Shown here in pieces: positions 7,944-14,823 of a DNA stretch of 24,000 nucleotides (position 1 is its first letter; each line of letters starts with the position of its first letter). Below the pieces are notes generated by a model. It did not search any database and was not told the DNA's origin. It saw nothing but the letters and a program-made list of their open reading frames with translations. The position numbers and the translations under genes are program-made. This DNA comes from Methanofollis sp. (lineage in GTDB: Archaea > Halobacteriota > Methanomicrobia > Methanomicrobiales > Methanofollaceae): contig NZ_JAQVNX010000010.1 in the NCBI RefSeq assembly GCF_028702905.1, positions 14,354 through 38,353 of the forward strand. Reading direction: 5' to 3'.

Positions 7944-8369
7944 ATGAAACAGTTCGCACAGAATGAAGAAGCAGTGTCGCCGGTCATCGGCGTCATCCTC
8001 ATGGTCGCCATCACGGTGATCCTCGCGGCCGTCATCGCCGCATTCGTCTTCGGTATGGCCGGCAACATGTCGTCCACCAAGAGCGTCGCCGCCACGGCAT
8101 CTCACAGTGTTGATGGAAGCAACCAGGTGATCACCGTCACGTTCCAGGGCGGCAAGGACGCTGGAATTGTGGAGAACATCTCCGTTGTCATTAACGATGA
8201 GTCTGACAATGTGGAGCCGTTGACCACCAATAAGCCGTTGACCGGGAACTCGAAGAAGTTCGTTAATGGCACAGCCTTTAACATCACCCCGGGCAACAGG
8301 AACCACGTCGTTGCAACGGCATCGTTCACCGACGGCTCCAGTCAGGTCATCCTGGACACCTACGTCTGA
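7944..8369 (+). CDS. Archaeal type IV pilin-like protein (DUF1628-type class III signal peptide)
   Basis: The track start at the GTG at 7935 lies inside the Shine-Dalgarno motif, so the ATG at 7944 is preferred. The N-terminus MKQFAQNEEA|VSPVIGVILMVAITVILAAVIAAFVFGM has a short charged leader followed by an invariant-type hydrophobic helix. A beta-rich Ser/Thr/Asn domain follows. Confidence 0.75.
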   Translation: MKQFAQNEEAVSPVIGVILMVAITVILAAVIAAFVFGMAGNMSSTKSVAATASHSVDGSNQVITVTFQGGKDAGIVENISVVINDESDNVEPLTTNKPLTGNSKKFVNGTAFNITPGNRNHVVATASFTDGSSQVILDTYV

Positions 8370-8404
8370 ACCCCTCCCCTTTTTCTTTTTGAGGACGGAG
8401 ACCT

Positions 8405-8800
8405 ATGGTCCAATCCAATGAGCACGAAGATGCGGTCTCCGCGACCGTCGCCACCGTTCTCATGGTCGCCGTCACCGTGATCCTCGCCGCCCTTGTCGCT
8501 TCCTTCTCCCTCGGCACCATGGGGGGCATCCCCGACAACGGTATCGTCGGGGCGAAGGCCGTCAGGATGGATGACGGTGCGGTCCTGGTCACCTATGTCG
8601 GCGGCGACGGTGCCGACGCAGTCGACCACCTGAACTGGACGATCGACGGCACGGAACAGACCGACCGTCTCGACGCCACTGTCGGGTCGTCGGCCGTCAA
8701 TACAACGGTATCCGCGGACCCCGGGAAGAAACACCGGGTCATGGTCGTCGCGACATACAGCGACAGGTCGTCGCAGGTCGTCCTGGACGCCATGGTCTGA
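8405..8800 (+). CDS. Second archaeal type IV pilin-like protein
   Basis: The ATG follows GGACGGAG. The N-terminus MVQSNEHEDA|VSATVATVLMVAVTVILAALVASFSLG has the same architecture as the upstream gene. The C-terminal ends of the two proteins also correspond (...SSQVILDTYV versus ...SSQVVLDAMV). Confidence 0.7.
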   Translation: MVQSNEHEDAVSATVATVLMVAVTVILAALVASFSLGTMGGIPDNGIVGAKAVRMDDGAVLVTYVGGDGADAVDHLNWTIDGTEQTDRLDATVGSSAVNTTVSADPGKKHRVMVVATYSDRSSQVVLDAMV

Positions 8801-8917
8801 GCAGGGGATATGGGGCCGGTATCCCCCCCTGCGCATTTCTCCCCTCAAAAAAATGATTGGATGATTGTTTCAGTGAACAGCGTGAAACCTATGCCTCGAA
8901 CCATGTGGAGATGTGAT

Positions 8918-9457
8918 ATGTACAGGATCAACCGGCCCTTTCTCGCCTCCCTCCTCGCCCTTACCCTCGTCCTGCCTGTAAACATTTATTGTATCGGGAA
9001 CGTCCTGGGTGCAGGCCTCCAGTTCCCCCTCTTCCGGTACCAGCAGACCTACCTCGGGACCAGTCTCATCACCCTCACCCGCGACCTCGACTATGTGACC
9101 ACAGGCATCCTCGCAGGTCGCACCGCCCTTTCCATCTGTCTCGGGGTCGTCGGCACCCTCCTCCTCATCGCCGCTATCACCTTTCTCATCATCAGGTGGC
9201 AGGAGGAGTATGAATCTGCCAGAAAAATTCTTTCCCTTCTCCTCGCCGGCGCCGGCGTTGCGTACCTCGCGTCATGCGTCGCCCAGTACGGCCCCCTCTT
9301 CCACGGCCCCGCAGGGTTCTGCATCCCGATCGGTGTGCCCCTGATCTTCGGGGTCGCATGGTGGGCGTACAATGCCGGGGAAGACGATGAATCCGACCGG
9401 GCCGGCGATCTTCCGGAACCTGAAAGTGATGAAGTCCCATCTGGAGATTCCAGATAA
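8918..9457 (+). CDS. Polytopic membrane protein (4-5 TM helices) with an acidic C-terminal tail, function unknown
   Basis: The ATG at 8918 lies 7 nt after GGAG (the track ORF begins at 8810). Hydrophobic helices run throughout, and the tail is ...WWAYNAGEDDESDRAGDLPEPESDEVPSGDSR. The last 41 codons include the left copy of the 75-bp repeat. Confidence 0.55.
   Translation: MYRINRPFLASLLALTLVLPVNIYCIGNVLGAGLQFPLFRYQQTYLGTSLITLTRDLDYVTTGILAGRTALSICLGVVGTLLLIAAITFLIIRWQEEYESARKILSLLLAGAGVAYLASCVAQYGPLFHGPAGFCIPIGVPLIFGVAWWAYNAGEDDESDRAGDLPEPESDEVPSGDSR
9335..9409. repeat. Direct repeat, left copy (DR-L)
   Basis: gtgcccctgatcttcggggtcgcatggtgggcgtacaatgccggggaagacgatgaatccgac... recurs at 10084-10158 in the same orientation. 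By hand alignment the match is 73/75 identical, with a 63-nt perfect core. Confidence 0.9.
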
Positions 9458-9578
9458 CCCGTGGCGGCGGCGAGGAGGCGGACCCGGTGTTCGCCACTCT
9501 CTGCCCGGACACTCTCTCCTGGTCAGGTGCTTCCAAACTATTATCAGACGATACGGCGATAATAATAATCGTCCGATT

Positions 9579-9785
9579 ATGATATTCAAAGTCGTCGTTA
9601 CTCCCGATCCCGAAGACGGCGGGTTTATCGTCAGTTGCCCCGCGCTTCCCGGTTGCCACTCGGAAGGGGAAACCCTGGAAGAGGCGCTGGAAAATATCAG
9701 GGACGCCATTCGGGGATGTGTCGCCGCGCTCAACGACCGTGCCCGGAGACAGCAGGGAAGCAGAGTTATCGATGTGTCTGTGTAA
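9579..9785 (+). CDS. hicB: HicB-like (UPF0150-type) antitoxin
   Basis: This uses the internal ATG of ORF 9372-9785. MIFKVVVTPDPEDGGFIVSCPALPGCHSEGETLEEALENIRDAIRGCV is a textbook HicB N-domain. An AT-rich tract (ATAATAATAAT) lies just upstream. Confidence 0.8.
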   Translation: MIFKVVVTPDPEDGGFIVSCPALPGCHSEGETLEEALENIRDAIRGCVAALNDRARRQQGSRVIDVSV

Positions 9786-9791
9786 CAGACC

Positions 9792-10013
9792 ATGGCGAAA
9801 CTCCCTGTCATATCTGGTTCAGCGGCAGTCAAGACCTTTCATAAATTCGGTTTCACCACGTCCAGGCAGACGGGAAGCCACATGATCCTGGAGAAGGCCG
9901 GGCTGGACGTCACCCTCTCCGTCCCTCTCCATACCGAATTAAAAAGAGGGACACTACGAAACCTCATCAAAGATGCAGGTCTCACCGTCGATGAATTTGT
10001 GGCGATGCTCTGA
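9792..10013 (+). CDS. hicA: HicA-like (YcfA family) toxin
   Basis: MAKLPVISGSAAVKTFHKFGFTTSRQTGSHMILEK...LKRGTLRNLIKDAGLTVDEFVAML. The gene lies 6 nt downstream of hicB. Confidence 0.8.
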   Translation: MAKLPVISGSAAVKTFHKFGFTTSRQTGSHMILEKAGLDVTLSVPLHTELKRGTLRNLIKDAGLTVDEFVAML

Positions 10014-10083
10014 ACCGCCCGGAGATCAGGCTGTAAGGAAGGACCCGCAGGAGACTTCTCTCATGTGTCGCTGTCCTCATTGC

Positions 10084-10158
10084 GTGCCCCTGATCTTCGG
10101 GGTCGCATGGTGGGCGTACAATGCCGGGGAAGACGATGAATCCGACGGGGCCGGCAAT
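10084..10158. repeat. Direct repeat, right copy (DR-R)
   Basis: This is the second copy of the 9335-9409 sequence. The two copies start 749 bp apart. Confidence 0.9.
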
Positions 10159-10215
10159 GATTCCCCTGCCGCTGATGACACCGCCCAGGTCGATGAATCT
10201 GAAGAGGACAGGTAA
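10084..10215 (+). pseudogene. Displaced duplicate of the 3' coding end of the 8918-9457 membrane-protein gene
   Basis: It encodes VPLIFGVAWWAYNAGEDDESDGAGNDSPAADDTAQVDESEEDR*, with the first 21 aa identical to the tail of the upstream gene. No credible N-terminus or ribosome site precedes it; the track ORF at 9973 merely runs out of the hicA 3' end. Confidence 0.5.
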
Positions 10216-10312
10216 CTGGTGTGACACCGACCCCGGTCCCCTCTTCTTTCGTCACCTGCATCAGAACTCAAATCGTATCTTTTCTTATAGTCACTAATCC
10301 CATCCTCCTGCC

Positions 10313-12064
10313 ATGGGGAATTGCAGGGACTGTATCATCCTGTTTGCAGTATTATTCGTTCTTGCAACTCTGATCTCCTATCCCTCCATCTATCTCAACG
10401 ACGAGTTCATCTCGGCAAACCAGCTCAACCACCTTGTCGAGGGCACCTCCCCCCTCCACACCTACGAACCGTACGGCTACAGCGCCTATGCCGAGTCCCA
10501 CCACAATGTCCTCTGTTACACCCTCGCCCTCCCCGTCGTCTCTCTCCCGGCGTACTACCTCTTCTCCTTCTTTGGCGACTCATTCCGCCTCGCCGTGCTC
10601 CTCCTCTGGTCTGCCCTCCTCCTCGCCGTCCCCGTGATGGTCGAGGTCTGGTACCCGCAGTACGCCCGCTGGCGGGGCATACCCTGGACCCGGGCGGCGA
10701 TCATCTCGTGGGGCGTGCTCTTCGTCCTGAACATGGCGCTGTACCGACCGTTCTGGTTCGTGCGGGGCGTGCAGCCCGGTGACCTCCAGGTCTACCCCGA
10801 GGTCGCCGCCATCGTCTTCACCGGCGGGGTGGCCTTCGCCCTCTTCGGCGTCGTGGCCTACCTGATCTTCAGGGAGATCTTCGAGAGTGAGCGCTGGGGC
10901 CTCTTCGGTCTTGTCGCCGTCGTCACCTCCTCGTCCTACCTCTTCTGGGCAGGGAACGCGAAGGACCACATGCTCGTCGCCCTCTTCTTTGCGACGGCCC
11001 TCTACCTCTTCACCCTCTATCTCTCCCGCGACGATCCCCTCTGGCTCTTCGCCTCCTTCATCGCCGTCGGCTGGACAGCCTGGGCCCGCCCTGAACTCGG
11101 ACCCGCCCTCGCCGCCGGGTTCTTCCTCTTCGCCCTCGCGGTATCGGTGCGGCAGGGGTGGCGCAGGACCGGGACGGCGTCCCTCGCCGTCCTCGGCGTC
11201 CCTTTCGGCGCCCTCCCCCTCTTCGTGAACAACCTGGGCCTCTCCGGCAACCCTCTCGTCCTCCCCTGGGTGGCCGGGTACTCGGCGCAGGTGTACGCCG
11301 GGATCTCTGCCGGGACTGAGACCCTCCAGGCCACGGTCGTGAAGCAGTTCGCCCCGCCTGCCGGCGACCTCCTCGCCGGCCTCTACGGAACCTTCGTCAA
11401 CCCGGTATACGCCCGTGCCGCCGGCATCTTCCAGGTCTCACCCCTCTCCCTTTTTGTCCTCCTCCTTCTCTTTGCCGTCGGATACACCATCTATACGCGC
11501 CGGACGACCTGCATCCCCCGCCGTGACGCTCGCATCCTCGCCTTCTTCGCCATGGCGGCCCTCCTCGTCATGGCGACGTACCTCCGCTCCCTCCCCTGGA
11601 TGCCGGCGAGTCCTGGCATCGTCCCTGACATGCGCTACCTCTCGCCGGCGTACCTCCCGATGCTCGTCCCCGGCGTCTACGCCCTGAAGTATGCCGGTTT
11701 CGGCGCCGCCGAGGCGAGGGAGTCGCTCCGAACTCTCTTCTGGCTCGTCCTCGCCGACCTCCCTCTCATCTACGTCGTCCTGCAGGCCCTCTCCGGCAGG
11801 GGCGAGGCCGGGCAGGTCTCCTTCATGATGTACCTCACCTACCTCTTCCTCGCCTGTGCGGCGGCGCTCTACCTCGCCGTCGTCCTCGGGAAGGTCAGGC
11901 CCTCCGCCCTCGCCCGTGCCGTCCCCGTGCTCATGCTCTGCACCCTCGCCTGGGAACTGGTGGTGGACTTCAGGTTCGCCACCCTCTGCTGGGACGGGTA
12001 TCATTTCTGGGTCCCGGCGGTGCAGTACGTGTGGTACATCCAGTACTGGATCTTCCCGCTGTGA
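10313..12064 (+). CDS. Large polytopic membrane protein, possibly a GT-C-fold (PMT/ArnT-like) glycosyltransferase
   Basis: This 583-aa protein has at least 12 hydrophobic helices. An acidic motif sits in the first extracytoplasmic loop right after TM1 (YLNDEFISANQL), where GT-C enzymes carry their DE/DxD motif. NAKDHMLVALFF follows a few helices later. The family assignment is tentative. Confidence 0.6.
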   Translation: MGNCRDCIILFAVLFVLATLISYPSIYLNDEFISANQLNHLVEGTSPLHTYEPYGYSAYAESHHNVLCYTLALPVVSLPAYYLFSFFGDSFRLAVLLLWSALLLAVPVMVEVWYPQYARWRGIPWTRAAIISWGVLFVLNMALYRPFWFVRGVQPGDLQVYPEVAAIVFTGGVAFALFGVVAYLIFREIFESERWGLFGLVAVVTSSSYLFWAGNAKDHMLVALFFATALYLFTLYLSRDDPLWLFASFIAVGWTAWARPELGPALAAGFFLFALAVSVRQGWRRTGTASLAVLGVPFGALPLFVNNLGLSGNPLVLPWVAGYSAQVYAGISAGTETLQATVVKQFAPPAGDLLAGLYGTFVNPVYARAAGIFQVSPLSLFVLLLLFAVGYTIYTRRTTCIPRRDARILAFFAMAALLVMATYLRSLPWMPASPGIVPDMRYLSPAYLPMLVPGVYALKYAGFGAAEARESLRTLFWLVLADLPLIYVVLQALSGRGEAGQVSFMMYLTYLFLACAAALYLAVVLGKVRPSALARAVPVLMLCTLAWELVVDFRFATLCWDGYHFWVPAVQYVWYIQYWIFPL

Positions 12065-12107
12065 TCCTGCGGGGCGCCCGCATTCATCTCGCTGCCGGGA
12101 TCTGCTG

Positions 12108-12354
12108 ATGCCTTCGGGCGTGTCCTCGACACCGCAAACCCTCCTGTACGGGAAAGTGCAAGATAAAAAAAGTCTTATGTCCCCCCCGGGGGGTCCGGGC
12201 AACCGGCGCAACACGTGAGGAGTGCCGGGAAAACCTGGGTGAGGTCATCGACGACTGGCTCGTGATCAGGCTGCGGAGAGAGATGTCCATCCCGCCGATT
12301 GAAGGGGTCACCATTGAGGAGACCACCAGGATGGATGCCGGTGTCGGATCGTAA
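12108..12354 (+). pseudogene. hicB: HicB-family antitoxin interrupted by a frameshift in a C7G6 tract
   Basis: The frame starting at ATG 12108 (MPSGVSSTPQTLLYGKVQDKKSLMSPP...) terminates at 12216-12218. The downstream frame (...RGVRATGATREECRENLGEVIDDWLVIRLRREMSIPPIEGVTIEE...) has no start codon, ends at 12354 and overlaps the hicA start by 20 nt. Deleting one C or G at 12181-12193 joins the two into an ORF of about 81 aa. ATGATREEC-x-NL resembles the G-x-T-x-EEA-x-x-N-(L/I) core of small HicB antitoxins. Confidence 0.45.
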
Positions 12355-12574
12355 AATCCAGCAGGTTTCGTGGAACGATCTCGTCCGAAGGCCCAGGCAC
12401 TTTGGGTTCGAAGGGCCGTATTCGGGAGGGAAACACCCCTTTATGATCAAAGGAAACCTCGTCCTGACCATTCCAAACCCGCATAATACGGAGATCGGTG
12501 CGGACCTCCGGATACGGGTCCTGAAGCAGGCCGGGATCTCACGAGAGGAATGGATCTCCTCAGGGGATACGTAA
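12335..12574 (+). CDS. hicA: HicA-family toxin (GGKHPFM...PNPH subtype)
   Basis: This uses the internal ATG of ORF 12299-12574. The pattern WNDLVRRPRHFGFEGPYSGGKHPFMIKGNLVLTIPNPHNTEIGADLRIRVLKQAGISREEW matches the widespread HicA subtype. Confidence 0.8.
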   Translation: MPVSDRKIQQVSWNDLVRRPRHFGFEGPYSGGKHPFMIKGNLVLTIPNPHNTEIGADLRIRVLKQAGISREEWISSGDT

Positions 12575-12662
12575 CGGACAATAGAATCTGAAGAAGATCA
12601 TGCTTTCTCCCCACGAACACTTAATAGGGCGGGACTGCAAAGGGAAACACGAGGGATGAAAA

Positions 12663-12980
12663 ATGGCCGGCACCCCGCACGTTCCTGTTCCGTACGACGC
12701 CATCAGGCTGATATGCAGGAAACATCATATTAGAAAACTCTCTCTCTTCGGGTCGGTGCTGCGGGACGACTTCGGGCCGGAGAGCGACATAGATCTCCTT
12801 GTCGAGTTCGACGAAGGTCATACTCCCGGATTTTTCCGTCTCTTCGAGATCGCAGAGGAACTCTCCCGTGCGTTCGGAGGAAAGACGATCGACCTCCTCA
12901 CCCCCGAGGACCTGAGCCGATATTTCAGGGACGATGTTGTTGCCGCCGCTGAGGTCTGCTATGCAGAAGCAGAAGGATGA
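12663..12980 (+). CDS. mntA: Minimal nucleotidyltransferase (MNT) antitoxin
   Basis: The GS-x10-DxD signature is present (FGSVLRDDFGPESDIDLLVEF). The product is 105 aa and overlaps the downstream HEPN gene by 20 nt. Confidence 0.85.
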   Translation: MAGTPHVPVPYDAIRLICRKHHIRKLSLFGSVLRDDFGPESDIDLLVEFDEGHTPGFFRLFEIAEELSRAFGGKTIDLLTPEDLSRYFRDDVVAAAEVCYAEAEG

Positions 12981-13335
12981 AACCATCCCTCTCAGGCACG
13001 CCCTCGATGCCGCGAAAAAAGCAGTGTCTTTCCTCGATGACCGAACCCGTACGGATCTGGAAATGGACGAGATGCTTGGTTTTGCCGTCGTCCGCCTCCT
13101 TGAGATCATTGGAGAAGCGGCGAAACTCGTCTCGCCAGACCTTCGAGAGAAGCACCCCGAAATACCATGGAGTGCGATGGTCGGCATGAGAAACCGTCTG
13201 ATCCATGGATATTTTGATGTGAACTACGATGTTGTCTGGGACACTGTGAAATCCGACCTCCCACCTATGATAGACAATCTAGAACGTCTTCTGGCCGCCA
13301 TGATATCTGAGAGCGACAGGGATCTGGTGCCGTGA
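12961..13335 (+). CDS. hepT: HEPN-domain (DUF86) toxin
   Basis: The ATG at 12961 lies inside track ORF 12934-13335. The R-x4-H motif is present (MRNRLIHGYFDV), as is the typical DUF86 helix pattern (VVRLLEIIGEAAKLV). Confidence 0.85.
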   Translation: MQKQKDETIPLRHALDAAKKAVSFLDDRTRTDLEMDEMLGFAVVRLLEIIGEAAKLVSPDLREKHPEIPWSAMVGMRNRLIHGYFDVNYDVVWDTVKSDLPPMIDNLERLLAAMISESDRDLVP

Positions 13336-13389
13336 CCAGAGCGTATATCACCTGTTTTGATATGGCCCTGAAACCGACAGGGGAAGGCA

Positions 13390-13587
13390 ATGACGAAAGT
13401 GATCGACGCAGTGTATGAATCCAGCGTCCTCAAACCCCTCGAAAAGATCGACCTGAAGGAGGGAACGCGGATCAGGATCGCCATCGAGGAACCATCCGCC
13501 GTCATCGAAGATGCATTCGGTCTTCTGAAAGGAAAGGACACGACAGAAGCGCTGAAAGAGATGGACGATGAATGGGGTCTTTATTGA
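13390..13587 (+). CDS. DUF104 (AF2212-like) antitoxin, VapB-type partner of PIN toxins
   Basis: The 65-aa product MTKVIDAVYESSVLKPLEKIDLKEGTRIRIAIEE shows the characteristic DUF104 N-terminal pattern. It overlaps the next ORF by 20 nt. Confidence 0.7.
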   Translation: MTKVIDAVYESSVLKPLEKIDLKEGTRIRIAIEEPSAVIEDAFGLLKGKDTTEALKEMDDEWGLY

Positions 13588-13946
13588 TTCAAATGTCTTC
13601 CTCAAAATCCTTGAGGGCGACGAGGAGATCCGCAGGCATTTTTTCGCGCTTGGCCAGAAGAAACCCCTCTATCGAAACGCGATTGTTGGGAGTGAGGTAT
13701 TCCATGTCTTCATACGATTTATATGCCGGCAAGAAACCCGGGGAAATAAAAATAAACCCCGGTATTATTGCCGGGATCAAAACCGAACTCCAGAAAGTCG
13801 AAAAACTTCTTGACCTTGCCAGGACCATTCCACTTACCTATTCTGAAGAGGAAACGGCGCGAAAACTGATGAAAGATTACGGCCTTTTGCCAAACGATGC
13901 CGAGAAAAAAACCGGGATCTCCAGCCCGATCAGGGCCATAACATGA
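13568..13946 (+). pseudogene. vapC: PIN-domain (VapC-like) toxin, frameshifted and 3'-decayed
   Basis: The N-terminal frame (13568-13813) begins MNGVFIDSNVFLKIL, with the first PIN acidic residue. A second frame (to 13946) carries GKKPGEIKINP...ARKLMKDYGLLPNDA, the typical mid-PIN segment. The two frames must be joined somewhere around 13700-13760. After NDA the expected (L/I)xxAT...D-x-DF segment is absent, and an A7 run sits at that point. Confidence 0.6.
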
Positions 13947-14175
13947 TTCCGCTCATGTGGTCCCGCTATTTCTGTCAATGCCTGTCATAGGGAGGAGAAG
14001 TCGGCGTCCCGAAGGATACACTGCCAGGTATGAAAATGGGCGGTCCATATTGCATCAATTTTCATGAGAGTGGCATATGATACAAATTTTAAAAAATGCG
14101 GTGAATATACCCGATTAATATGGAAAAGCCTATTTGTGCGTCTGTAATATTCCATAACGTCTTTTGGTGATACAA

Positions 14176-14610
14176 ATGTCAAAATTCTGTCCAGAATGTG
14201 GAAAAGAACAGATCAGCCAGAACGCGGAGATCTGTCCGAACTGTGGGGTCAGGATCAAGAAAAACCCTGAAAAAAGTTCGGGTATTGCAGCAATCTCTTC
14301 CTTTGTCTTTGCCGGTCTGGGGCAGGTGTATAACGGAGATTTTGGTCGAGGATTTCTGATCCTTGTAGGAACCGTGATTGGTTCTATGTTCTACTTTATC
14401 CCTGGCCTGTTCGTGTGGGCCTATGGTATCTATGATGCATACACAACGGCAAAACGGATGAATGCCGGGGAGATCCCCTATCAGGAGACGAACGCTCTCC
14501 ATATGATCCTGTTCGTGGTCCTCTGGTTTGTGGGAATCGCAGTATTCTTCATTCTGGCCGCTATCGTGGCTGCATTTGTCTTTGGAATGAGCGGGTCAAC
14601 ATACTACTGA
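14176..14610 (+). CDS. Zinc-ribbon plus TM2-like membrane protein with a pilin-like C-terminal helix
   Basis: The ATG at 14176 is preferred over the track's TTG at 14164. The motifs are CPECG...CPNCG (zinc ribbon), FAGLGQVYNGDFGRGFLIL (TM2-type motif), and a final helix FFILAAIVAAFVFGMSGS. Confidence 0.7.
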   Translation: MSKFCPECGKEQISQNAEICPNCGVRIKKNPEKSSGIAAISSFVFAGLGQVYNGDFGRGFLILVGTVIGSMFYFIPGLFVWAYGIYDAYTTAKRMNAGEIPYQETNALHMILFVVLWFVGIAVFFILAAIVAAFVFGMSGSTYY

Positions 14611-14619
14611 TCATTTCCA

Positions 14620-14625
14620 TTTTTT
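14620..14625 (+). terminator. Oligo-T terminator candidate
   Basis: A T6 run lies 10 nt after the stop at 14608-14610. Confidence 0.35.
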
Positions 14626-14823
14626 ATCAACGGTGGTATCACTTCTCCGGGATTGGATCTCCTCTTCTGCCCGCATCTCGCCCCATCCCTATTATCGTGA
14701 TCCGCAACGGTCTCGATGCAGGGGTCCGCTTCCCTCCCGTCCTGTGTCCGGCCGCCGCCGGCACGCCCCTGATCCCCCCGCCCGTGTCGGCAACCGCATG
14801 ATGACGAAGAAAAAAGAAAGATC

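Noticed and set aside
9372-9578. An N-terminal extension of the hicB ORF (69 extra codons) that overlaps the tail of the membrane-protein gene.
   Set aside because: The extension is an Arg/Gly/Pro-rich read-through of intergenic DNA. The HicB domain begins exactly at the internal ATG at 9579, which is preceded by an AT-rich tract. The N-terminal extensions of track ORFs 20951-21277 (before cfbA), 22406-22855 (before cfbD), 14824-15684 (before DUF447) and 8810-8917 were rejected for the same reason.
12395-12425. A GGGTTCGAAGGGCC sequence resembling a tRNA T-arm.
   Set aside because: It lies inside the well-supported hicA coding frame, where it encodes HFGFEGPY. It also lacks complementary 5-bp stems and the rest of a tRNA.
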